From NCBI GenBank assembly GCA_048882505.1, contig JBHLRO010000018.1:1-32000 (forward strand): 32,000 nt of DNA, in the 5' to 3' direction. The stretch is from Candidatus Thorarchaeota archaeon. Lineage in GTDB: Archaea; Asgardarchaeota; Heimdallarchaeia; Hodarchaeales; Hodarchaeaceae. Under the pieces are notes generated by a model. It was given only the letters and a program-made list of their open reading frames with translations. It had not been told where the DNA came from and did no database searches. This document shows positions 23,914 through 32,000 of this stretch, piece by piece (the first letter of the stretch is position 1; each line of letters opens with the position of its first letter). The position numbers and the translations under genes were made by a program.

Positions 23914-26421
23914 ATGTCTAATCAGTTACTTGCGAATCGGGACTATTTCCTTATGTCCACAGTTTATGACGCAAACTCTAACGGGGCGGGCATTAAACTA
24001 TTAGATGTTCAGGCTCAAAAAATAGTTTACGTGACGGATACTTATGGTCATGAACCGTACTGCTTTAGTAAAGAAACCCTTGATCGAATTTCATCGCTTA
24101 GCTCATTGTCCACGGTTACCAAGAGAATTGATTCAGTTACTCGAATTGATCTTTTGGAAGATATAGAAAGAGAATTCACGCGTATTGTAACTCCCACGCC
24201 CAGCGAAGTTCCTAAGGTTCGAGATATAATCAAAAAAGAGCTTAACCAAGAAACCTGGGAATCTCGCATTAAATATCACCGTAATTGGCTTTACGACGTG
24301 CAATTGGTTCCTGGCCGAAAATATTGGTGGGATCCGGAAACAAGTCGATTTATTCCTTCTCAGACCAGCAGTACAGGGATGCGAATTCCACAAGCTGTTG
24401 TAGAGAATTTGGCTCAATATCGAGGCTTACTTGAGGTCTTTCAGGACGATTTTGTCCAAGAAATTCCTGAAATGCGCGTAATCGCGTGTGACATTGAAAC
24501 TGATTATTCTGCGGGCCAAATTCCCCAACCTACTGATCCCAAGTTTCCGATCATTTGTATCTGCTTTGCAGATAGCCAAGGAAAGCAGATCGCGTTGGTT
24601 CTCGAACGGAAGAACATTTCAAAAGGATCTAAACCAGATGACTTACCTGAAATCCAGATCTTTTACTTTACAGAAGAGCGAGAGCTCCTCAAAGAGGCCT
24701 TTGAAATTCTAAACGGCTATCCAATGATCGTTACCTTTAATGGAGATAATTTCGATTTTCCCTATATGCACGAACGAGCAAGGCACCTTGGGATTCGAGG
24801 TTCTAGCCCAATTATATGGAACCGTCGGAATAAGGATTGTAACTTCACTCATGCAATCCACATTGATACCTACAGATTCTATCACAATGTAGCAATCCGA
24901 TCCTATGCGTTTGGAAACCGTTACACCGAGGAGTCACTGGATGCTATAGCAGAAGCCATGCTAGGGGTAGGAAAGCTCAGCCTCACAACGGAAATCGCTC
25001 AGCTTTCCGAATGGGAGCTCATTCATTACTGCGCCCGGGACGCAAAGATCACTCTGGACTTGCTATTCTTTGATAACCGTACCCCCCTCAATCTTATTTT
25101 TACACTAGCCCGTATCTCTCGGACCCCTCTAGACGATCTTGTCAGAACAAGTGTATCTAATTGGGTTAGAAGTATGTTTTATAGTGAGCACCGCCGTAGA
25201 AAATACTTCATTCCAAATCCTGAGGACATAGAATTAAAGAAAGGATCGATAGCAAGCTCTCAAGCCATTATCAAGGGGAAAAAATACAAGGGTGCATTAG
25301 TAATTGAACCAGTACCAGGGGTTCATTTCAATGTGGCCGTCCTAGACTTTGCTTCTCTATATCCTAGCATAATTGGAACATTTAATCTGAGCTACGAGAC
25401 CATAAACTGTACGCATACCGATTGTCGTAACAATAAGGTCCCTCAAACAGATTACTGGGTCTGTACGAAAAAACGTGGTGTGATTTCTGACATCATAGGG
25501 TTTATCAAGGATGTTCGTGTCCAGTGGTTAAAACCCGAATCGAAAAAGAAGGGCCCACACAAGGAATTCTTGCAGATTCTAGAACGGAGCCTGAAGGTAC
25601 TGATAAATGCCTCCTACGGTGTACTAGGTAGTGATCGTTTCCAATTATACTGTCTTCCTGTTGCTGACTCGACCACAGCCTATGGACGTGATGCCATTGA
25701 GCGAACTGTTTCAAAAGCTCGTGAACTCGGAGTCACAGTCCTGTATGGCGATACTGATTCGGTATTTCTTTTATCTCCAACGTCAAAACAAATCGAGGAG
25801 ATTATTCAATGGAGCCAGCGCGATCTCGGTGTGGGATTAGAAATGGAAAAGACCTATCGGTATATGGTTCTCTCTGAGCTTAAAAAGAACTATTTCGGTG
25901 TGTTTCCAGATTCCAAAGTGGATGTTAAAGGTCTTATGGGCAAGAAACGTAACACGCCACCCTTCCTACAGGACGGATTTCGCGAGGTACTCAAAATCCT
26001 TAGCCAGGTTTATTCTAATGAAGAATTTGATGAGGCCAAAGAAAGAGTAAAAAAACTTGTTCGCTCGATATACCAACGTTTAGAGAAAAGAGGATACACT
26101 AGTGAAGATCTAGCAGTCACTATGCAATTGACAATGCCTTTGGACAGATATAAGGTTAACTCACAACATGTTAAGGCGGCTCGTCAGCTCGAAAAGAAGC
26201 AACCAGGCCGAATAAAGGCAGGCACATTAATTCGTTTCGTTAAAACCAAGACTGGAGATCGTGTTACGCCAGTAGAGCTAGTCACTCCTACAACACAAAT
26301 AGATGTAAAGGCGTATAAAACTATGATTGATTCAACTTTTGATCAGCTATTAGGAGCGTTAGATTTGTCAGGACAGGAATTAGAATCTGGACAAATCAAT
26401 TTGATGGAATTTTTTACCTGA
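23914..26421 (+). CDS. polB: Family B DNA polymerase, PolB1 type, intein-free, C-terminal PIP box
   Basis: Exo motifs DIETD and FNGDNFDFPY; pol motifs DFASLYPS, KVLINASYG, YGDTDS; PolB1-type N-terminus (DTYGHEPY); ends QINLMEFF (QxxLxxFF). Confidence 0.95.
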   Translation: MSNQLLANRDYFLMSTVYDANSNGAGIKLLDVQAQKIVYVTDTYGHEPYCFSKETLDRISSLSSLSTVTKRIDSVTRIDLLEDIEREFTRIVTPTPSEVPKVRDIIKKELNQETWESRIKYHRNWLYDVQLVPGRKYWWDPETSRFIPSQTSSTGMRIPQAVVENLAQYRGLLEVFQDDFVQEIPEMRVIACDIETDYSAGQIPQPTDPKFPIICICFADSQGKQIALVLERKNISKGSKPDDLPEIQIFYFTEERELLKEAFEILNGYPMIVTFNGDNFDFPYMHERARHLGIRGSSPIIWNRRNKDCNFTHAIHIDTYRFYHNVAIRSYAFGNRYTEESLDAIAEAMLGVGKLSLTTEIAQLSEWELIHYCARDAKITLDLLFFDNRTPLNLIFTLARISRTPLDDLVRTSVSNWVRSMFYSEHRRRKYFIPNPEDIELKKGSIASSQAIIKGKKYKGALVIEPVPGVHFNVAVLDFASLYPSIIGTFNLSYETINCTHTDCRNNKVPQTDYWVCTKKRGVISDIIGFIKDVRVQWLKPESKKKGPHKEFLQILERSLKVLINASYGVLGSDRFQLYCLPVADSTTAYGRDAIERTVSKARELGVTVLYGDTDSVFLLSPTSKQIEEIIQWSQRDLGVGLEMEKTYRYMVLSELKKNYFGVFPDSKVDVKGLMGKKRNTPPFLQDGFREVLKILSQVYSNEEFDEAKERVKKLVRSIYQRLEKRGYTSEDLAVTMQLTMPLDRYKVNSQHVKAARQLEKKQPGRIKAGTLIRFVKTKTGDRVTPVELVTPTTQIDVKAYKTMIDSTFDQLLGALDLSGQELESGQINLMEFFT

Positions 26422-26572
26422 GGGAATTTTTTTTAGTTGTTTACGAGAATACGATCCAATCGATCTTGAATCTACGATCGATAGAACAAAAAATGAATTT
26501 CGAATCAAACATATATCTGGAAATTTACACCGTTCATCTAACCTTAGAGCATTTTGCGAAGGAGAAAATATC

Positions 26573-27325
26573 ATGGACACCATTCGAACTGAGGAAATGA
26601 CCTGGCCAGATATAAAAAACGCCATAGATAAAGGTTTTAATACGATAATATTTTGTATTGGATCTATTGAACAGCATGGCCCGCATTTACCTGAATATAC
26701 AGACTCTTTTTGGGGAGATGAAGTAGCAAATCGAATCGCCGTAAAATTGGGAAATACCCTCCAGGCTCCTACGATAAAGGTGGGTAATTCAGCACACCAT
26801 TTAGATTTTCCAGGTACGATTTCTCTCAAACCTTCAACACTAAAAGCAGTCATTAGAGATTATGTTGAAAGCCTTGTGAGGCATGGCTTTACGAGTATTC
26901 TCTTATTCCCCAGCCATGGTGGGAATTTCAGATTAACGGGGGAAATTATAACAGAATTAACTCCCTTGTATCCTGAAGTAAAGATTTGGGGCTACACTGA
27001 CTTGAAAAGACTTCTTGACATGCTTGCCGAATTTTCTGCTAATTTTGGAGTCACAAAAGCAGAGTCAGGAGGGCATGCGGGTGAAAGCGAGACCTCCATG
27101 ATTTTATCTTTAGCTGAAGAATTTGTTGTAAAAGAAAGAATGGATCCTGGCTATATCGGTTCACTTGGGGATAAGCAAATCTCTCAGATCTTTGATCATG
27201 GCATGAAGGTATTAACTGAGAATGGAATCCTCGGTGATCCGACAAAAGCCACAGCGGATGCGGGGGAGTTTTACATTCAAAAATTAGCAGATTTTTTGGT
27301 GAATGAAATCAATAAAATCATTTAA
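26573..27325 (+). CDS. Creatininase/creatinine amidohydrolase family protein
   Basis: GSIEQHGPHLP..TD, SAHHLDFPGT, SHGGN, GHAGESETS, GILGDP. Substrate unknown. Confidence 0.9.
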   Translation: MDTIRTEEMTWPDIKNAIDKGFNTIIFCIGSIEQHGPHLPEYTDSFWGDEVANRIAVKLGNTLQAPTIKVGNSAHHLDFPGTISLKPSTLKAVIRDYVESLVRHGFTSILLFPSHGGNFRLTGEIITELTPLYPEVKIWGYTDLKRLLDMLAEFSANFGVTKAESGGHAGESETSMILSLAEEFVVKERMDPGYIGSLGDKQISQIFDHGMKVLTENGILGDPTKATADAGEFYIQKLADFLVNEINKII

Positions 27326-27426
27326 AGTTGAACTGAATGAGATAAAACCTGTTATTAGATTGAGTCAGAACTTGTAAGGAACTCTATTTAAGATAGTCTT
27401 CCTGCAATCTAGATCGGTTTCCCTAA

Positions 27427-27762
27427 ATGACATCCTCTGAGACGAACGAAAAGAAGATCGAAACTCTGACCAAGATAGCCCGATTATTGAGTGATCAGCT
27501 GAAAGAACAAAGCACAAAGTTAGCGCTTCTCCAGAAAGAGGTTACAACCTTAAAAGCAACGATTGATCAGAACCTAAGACCAAATTCTGCTTCTGAGGTC
27601 ACAACATCCTCTTTAGACAACGAATCAACGCCTCATATCAGCTCAACACCCCTTAATGAGGAGACTTCTCTCTCAACGGGTGCGGTACCTGATTTACCAA
27701 TAGAAAGGGATTCAGAGAAAAAGGAGTTATTAGCTGCATTAAAAGTAATTGATAACCTGTAA
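27427..27762 (+). CDS. Small protein: coiled coil, disordered linker, C-terminal amphipathic helix
   Basis: Heptad-like N-terminus, Ser/Thr/Pro-rich middle, terminal EKKELLAALKVIDNL. Confidence 0.65.
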   Translation: MTSSETNEKKIETLTKIARLLSDQLKEQSTKLALLQKEVTTLKATIDQNLRPNSASEVTTSSLDNESTPHISSTPLNEETSLSTGAVPDLPIERDSEKKELLAALKVIDNL

Positions 27763-27808
27763 GAATAAATTTATACGACTCCATCAGGAGTGAGGGTTGT
27801 TTTTTACA

Positions 27809-29521
27809 CTATCTCAAAACGCTACGGATCTGTTGGCGTATTTCGAGTGGGGCCCCCTTATTACCCAAGATGATATCACGGTAGGCGGATATCTGATCGG
27901 ACCAATTCAGGCGATCAATTGAATAAACCTCTTCCCCCTCGGCAGTCATGTCGACTTTTAAGATATGCTTGTCCACGAAATCGTTCAAACGTCTTTGTAG
28001 TTCCATCCGTCTCTCAGTAGGAACGCCAAGTATTTGAGCGATTGCCCCGCGAGTTAAAGCTTGAGGTGTACTAAGCAGGAAGAGGATCCAATTATCTGGG
28101 TGGGCTAGGAATGTCTTCACCAATTGCTTCCAGTTTACATCGACGCCAAATGGAACGTCTTGACCTGATTGCGGGGGAAGGGATTGATTTGTTTTCATCG
28201 TGAGTTTTTGGGTAACCTCATAGCTCAATTCCTTGGCTTTAGGCTCTCCAATGGTAGCCAAACGGATTTTTAAGTCTTCTACTTCTCCGCGCAATTTTTC
28301 TAGATCTTCGGCTAGATTTGAGGCATTGGCTACATCTTTTAGAAAAGGTTGTTTAGAAGAAATTGTCCCGCTTTGACGTAAAAGCCGTTTCAATTCTTCA
28401 TTTTCTCGTTTCGAACGGATAAGGATATGCTCAAATTCTTTCAGTTTCTCGGTTAATTCCTCAACAAGACGTTCATCCATCCCACGTGACCAGAGTACTT
28501 TTTCACTTGCGCTGCTTGTGGTTTCGTTCAATTCAGTTTCTAAAGAAAATTTTATTGTTTCTAGTTCTTTGATCCGTGCATTCTGGTTTGCGATTTTAGA
28601 TCTTAAGCGGGAGACCACTGAGGGATTGGCGAGGATAAGCTCATTATCCGCTACATTAGGGATCCGGTATACTGGTACGAATTTGTTTCCTCCTTCCATG
28701 ATTGACCCTGTATCACACTGTACCCCCAGTTTTTCTAGCAATTTGACGATCTCACGTGTTTCGTCGGAAGCTCTAAACATGAACAGATCTTCTCCCTGTT
28801 CAAATCGATAGACCCTTGAAAATTGAAGCCACATACGGACGAAATCTAAAATATCCTGCTCATCTTCACACTTAGCTACTGAATGAATAATTTGGGGGAA
28901 ATTAGCTTTATATTCCCCCGTGAAGACTTTGATCAAAGCCTGACAGAGTTGTACAGGAATTTTAATATAATACCCCCTCTGATTATAATCGATTTCACCA
29001 TCTGGGCATAAATTAACATCAAAAATTTCTTCAAAGGTCTCGATTAAAGCCTCGACTTTATGACGTTGATCTGTTTGATAGGTGCCAGTCAAGAAAACAT
29101 TGCGGGCCAGAGTAAGTAGGGCAAGCAGCTTTGCAAGGTGATTTTTCTTGGTCCGAATGGGTAGTCGAATTGGGAGTTGAATCTTTTTTGATCCGATCGA
29201 AGTGACTGTAAATGAAGTCATGAACATTTCGTGGTTGGATTGTCCAATCAATAAACGAAGGGTAGACAAAGGAATAGTCATTTCAGGATTAGACCGGTAT
29301 CGTGACCATTGGGCGCGACTTACTACACCCTCCAGATCTTTTTGGACATTTCCTTTCTGAAAAATGAATTTGCGCCCACGTGCCGTCAGATTGACCCTTG
29401 TGTCATCAGGGAAGTGTTCTAAGGTGAGCCATTGATCAGTATCGTGATCAGGATTCCGCTTCGGGCGAGACTGCTTAATAGATTCCTTTAAATCGTCGTT
29501 ATCCACAAAAAAAATCTCCAC
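27809..29521 (-). CDS. Hypothetical DNA-binding protein: HTH + degenerate LAGLIDADG-like domain + coiled coil + winged helix
   Basis: LPIRLP...LAKLLALL, FEEIFDV, YYIKIP, FPQII...DFVRMWL, IVKLLEKLGV, VYRI follow the two-motif LAGLIDADG layout without the DG acids. Coiled coil in the middle; C-terminal LTRGAIAQILGV...FVDKHIL...VYSI wHTH. Confidence 0.55.
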   Translation of the reverse strand: MEIFFVDNDDLKESIKQSRPKRNPDHDTDQWLTLEHFPDDTRVNLTARGRKFIFQKGNVQKDLEGVVSRAQWSRYRSNPEMTIPLSTLRLLIGQSNHEMFMTSFTVTSIGSKKIQLPIRLPIRTKKNHLAKLLALLTLARNVFLTGTYQTDQRHKVEALIETFEEIFDVNLCPDGEIDYNQRGYYIKIPVQLCQALIKVFTGEYKANFPQIIHSVAKCEDEQDILDFVRMWLQFSRVYRFEQGEDLFMFRASDETREIVKLLEKLGVQCDTGSIMEGGNKFVPVYRIPNVADNELILANPSVVSRLRSKIANQNARIKELETIKFSLETELNETTSSASEKVLWSRGMDERLVEELTEKLKEFEHILIRSKRENEELKRLLRQSGTISSKQPFLKDVANASNLAEDLEKLRGEVEDLKIRLATIGEPKAKELSYEVTQKLTMKTNQSLPPQSGQDVPFGVDVNWKQLVKTFLAHPDNWILFLLSTPQALTRGAIAQILGVPTERRMELQRRLNDFVDKHILKVDMTAEGEEVYSIDRLNWSDQISAYRDIILGNKGAPLEIRQQIRSVLR

Positions 29522-29736
29522 AAGGTACTTCTAGAGCGTACCCCTAATACTTAAGACCATATGGTCTGGATTTCTTGTCTGATATTGTTCTTACAAGCCC
29601 TTCTAATATGTGTTTAGGTACGGGGCTAATTCCGTGATTACCTTGAACATAAATAACGGCGCTAAAATGGACGATACTGCCACATAATGGGAAATAAACG
29701 CTGCAAACTTCATTCTGGGCCTAATTTCATCAAGCA

Positions 29737-30513
29737 ATGGGATCCACAGTGATTGCTCAAATCCTTACCTCTATCTGGGATTATCTAAATGATGTTTTAG
29801 TGTATCTAGTCGAAACATTCGGAGTCTTTGGCCTTATTTTTGCCATGGTATTCCAAGCCATTGTTGCTCCAATTATTTCTGAAGCTGTTTTAACAGTTGC
29901 AGGGTTTGGATTCTATGATCGTTATGGTCCCACAGGAATATTACTAGCCTTAGCTGGTGGTATAATTGGATCCATATTTGGTGCTATTGGAGCGTTTTAC
30001 ATTGCAAAAGGGGTCCAAACCCTTCTGAAACGTCACATTGTTGATGAATTCGGAACAGGAAAAGGTCCAGAAACGGGAGAGGGTTCAGAACATAGAATCC
30101 TAACTCCTCTAGCCAATCTACTGGCACGATTTATTGATGAAGATTCAGAGTATTTTTTGGATGTAATAGAAACGCATGGTTTCAAATTTGTCCTCATTGG
30201 CAGATTAGTACCGTTTATTCCATTTGATGCGGTATCTTACGGTGCTGGTATGACAAGGATTCGTTTCTGGAGTTTTTTCATTCCCACTTTAATAGGTACT
30301 ATTCCACGTGTTGCTTTTTACGTTTTATTAGGTGCTGGATTGGTATCCTTCGCTGAAACAGATCTAAACCTCTTTTTTATCATTCTCCTGGGAACAGCTC
30401 TTGGAATTTTAGCTTTATACATTATTTTCATGAAAAAACTGAAACAATACGTCAGTAGAGAGGAAGAATCACAAGTTGACTTAGCTGAATCCCAATTTGG
30501 ATCATTAGAGTGA
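29737..30513 (+). CDS. VTT/DedA (TVP38/TMEM64) family membrane protein
   Basis: FQAIVAPIISE, LIGRLVPFIPFDAVSYGAG, FFIPTLIGTIP. Confidence 0.88.
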   Translation: MGSTVIAQILTSIWDYLNDVLVYLVETFGVFGLIFAMVFQAIVAPIISEAVLTVAGFGFYDRYGPTGILLALAGGIIGSIFGAIGAFYIAKGVQTLLKRHIVDEFGTGKGPETGEGSEHRILTPLANLLARFIDEDSEYFLDVIETHGFKFVLIGRLVPFIPFDAVSYGAGMTRIRFWSFFIPTLIGTIPRVAFYVLLGAGLVSFAETDLNLFFIILLGTALGILALYIIFMKKLKQYVSREEESQVDLAESQFGSLE

Positions 30514-30757
30514 ACTTATGGCATCTTCCCTCCTTTTTACTCTGATTCCGCATCGTTTGGTGTTTGGGATGTGAGGTAAAGGTCAAAATATGCAAGTATT
30601 GATCCATTGGACTCCGAAAACGCGAGATCTCTCCCTTTAGAATAAACTGGTGTTCCAATAAATATAGCCATATTCAAAGATACGGGATCTACCGTTCTTT
30701 TAAAACCAATAACCGCTAGTTTTCCTTCGACCGTTACTCGTCAGTGTTCGTTGTACA

Positions 30758-31135
30758 CTATATTAAAACTGCATCCACCGTACCAGTTTGGCCTGGACGA
30801 CTTGTGACTCGAGCTAATCCTTTTTTGGTACGAATGATTGCTCCTTTCGTAATAATTTTACGGCGAGCAAAGTCACGATTCGCAGAATTATCTTCAATGT
30901 CTTCAATTTCCAATTTTTCTGTTTTTCTCGGTTTTCCTGTTGATATATTGGCAAACTGAGTTACCTGAAGCCGGATTTTTCTATTTCCTCCACGAGTTCG
31001 AATAATCTTCTTCCGCCCCTCACCGAGATTTGTTAAAGCTGGGGGTCGTGCAAGGTCACGGCTTTTCTTTTTGGTGGAAACGTGATAGCGTCCTCCGCTA
31101 GGTTTACGCTTCGATCTTCTTTGTGTTCGCGCCAC
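30758..31135 (-). CDS. rps8e: 30S ribosomal protein S8e
   Basis: KRKPSGGR, RTRGGN, IITKGAII, ARVTSRPGQTG. Confidence 0.96.
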   Translation of the reverse strand: MARTQRRSKRKPSGGRYHVSTKKKSRDLARPPALTNLGEGRKKIIRTRGGNRKIRLQVTQFANISTGKPRKTEKLEIEDIEDNSANRDFARRKIITKGAIIRTKKGLARVTSRPGQTGTVDAVLI

Positions 31136-31219
31136 ATGTGTACCTTCCTATGATGAAGCTCTATGAGTCTTAGACAACCTGTCGAGCACAGGTTAAGCGA
31201 TTAAGGTTATTTATCATCC

Positions 31220-31552
31220 TTAAAGGGTGGTCTTTTGTGTTTTTTTCCCTCGTTTTTTACGAGTAAAACTCTTCAGCTTTTTTCTAACGGGGCGTTCTCC
31301 GATATAAATCACGTCATCTGATTTTACAAGCTGATAGATTTCTTTTTTCACTGCAATAACAATCCACGGACTTCGTGTTGAGCCAATCACCTCAATAATC
31401 TCCCCTATTTCCTTATATACACCATTTTTCCTAACGACAGCACGGGTTCCAATTTTTGGTAATTTTCCTTCTTTGACCTGAACAAGAACCTTTCCTTGGG
31501 TCTTTTTTGCACAAATTCCTAGTCTTTTTGGGTCTTGTGGCACGATCAACAT
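31220..31552 (-). CDS. gar1: H/ACA RNP Gar1/Naf1 family protein
   Basis: PKIGTRAV...EIGEIIEVIGSTRSPWIVI matches the Gar1 GxVxDxFGPVxxPY core; basic tail. Confidence 0.72.
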   Translation of the reverse strand: MLIVPQDPKRLGICAKKTQGKVLVQVKEGKLPKIGTRAVVRKNGVYKEIGEIIEVIGSTRSPWIVIAVKKEIYQLVKSDDVIYIGERPVRKKLKSFTRKKRGKKTQKTTL

Positions 31553-31636
31553 TTTCTCAGATAAATTTATATTATTTCTGAGGAGATATGAAGGCTAACT
31601 CAGAAAGATCTCGATTCAGAAAGCAAACGATAGAAA

Positions 31637-32000
31637 ATGGCTGATTTTGACGTGATAGTTGTTGGTGCTGGCCCCGCGGGGTTATCAGCAGGAATTACAA
31701 CAGCCCAATCTGGTTTAACTACCTTTATTATTGAAGAACACCAAGAAATCGGGCAACCTCTCGCTTGTGGGGAGGGAATCTCTGCAGAGAAGCTTTTAAC
31801 GCTCGAAAACATGCCAAAACCTCAAATTCAACTCCGAAAATCCCAACTTGAGTTACAAAGAACAGGGTCATTCATCGAACGTGGCTTAAATGTCCAACGC
31901 TTTTTTTTTGGAAATACAGGAGTAGCAACATCAAATCTTCCAGCTCTTACAATTAACCGCCCCAGATTTGATCAGATTATGGCGGAAAATGCCACAAAAA
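31637..32000 (+). CDS. Geranylgeranyl reductase family FAD oxidoreductase, 3'-truncated (not in ORF track)
   Basis: ATG 31637: MADFDVIVVGAGPAGLSAG...IIEEHQEIGQPLACGEGIS...TINRPRFDQIMAENA, open to the window end. Confidence 0.88.
   Translation, partial: MADFDVIVVGAGPAGLSAGITTAQSGLTTFIIEEHQEIGQPLACGEGISAEKLLTLENMPKPQIQLRKSQLELQRTGSFIERGLNVQRFFFGNTGVATSNLPALTINRPRFDQIMAENATK

Noticed and set aside
23914-26421. Intein or inactivation in PolB
   Set aside because: Length and motif spacing are normal, and all exonuclease and polymerase catalytic motifs are present.
26380-26853. 157-aa minus-strand ORF across the polB/creatininase junction
   Set aside because: Antisense to two real genes and has no motif.
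30537-30758. GTG overlapping the rps8e stop, five codons, TGA, then 67 open codons (possible readthrough or selenoprotein)
   Set aside because: No recognisable protein motif, no redox context for the TGA and no SECIS-like hairpin identified. An open stretch of this length is plausible by chance.
1-32000. CRISPR arrays, IS elements, integrases, rRNA or SRP RNA
   Set aside because: No repeat-spacer periodicity, terminal inverted repeats, transposase or recombinase motifs, or rRNA/SRP signatures were found by eye.

Overview
Archaeal chromosomal window, almost certainly Asgard (Heimdallarchaeia/Hodarchaeales-like; this is inference from gene content, not a phylogeny). The right two-thirds is mostly core archaeal information processing: ard1-nop10-aIF2alpha-rps27e-GINS, tRNA-Thr(GGU) with two non-canonical introns, GlyRS, an RbgA-like GTPase, aIF2beta-DUF424-nmd3-rsmB-polB1, rps8e, gar1 and a partial geranylgeranyl reductase. 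It also holds an mglB-mglA pair, a second Roadblock protein and an apparently domesticated, catalytically dead LAGLIDADG protein. The first ~10 kb is a dense cluster of eukaryotic-signature genes: two tandem Arf-family GTPases, a CCDC47/DUF1682-like membrane protein, a JAMM isopeptidase, an E2, a Zn-ribbon/UEV-like protein, a GG-ending ubiquitin-like protein with UFM1-like features, a Uba3-type E1, a UFL1/DDRGK1-like winged-helix protein with C4C4 RING-like fingers, an SPFH protein and a Vps22/36 (ESCRT-II) protein. Best candidate for a new system: a self-contained 'proto-UFMylation' or translocon-associated ubiquitin-like quality-control locus. All homology calls were made by eye against family motifs and reference sequences recalled from memory; no searches were run.
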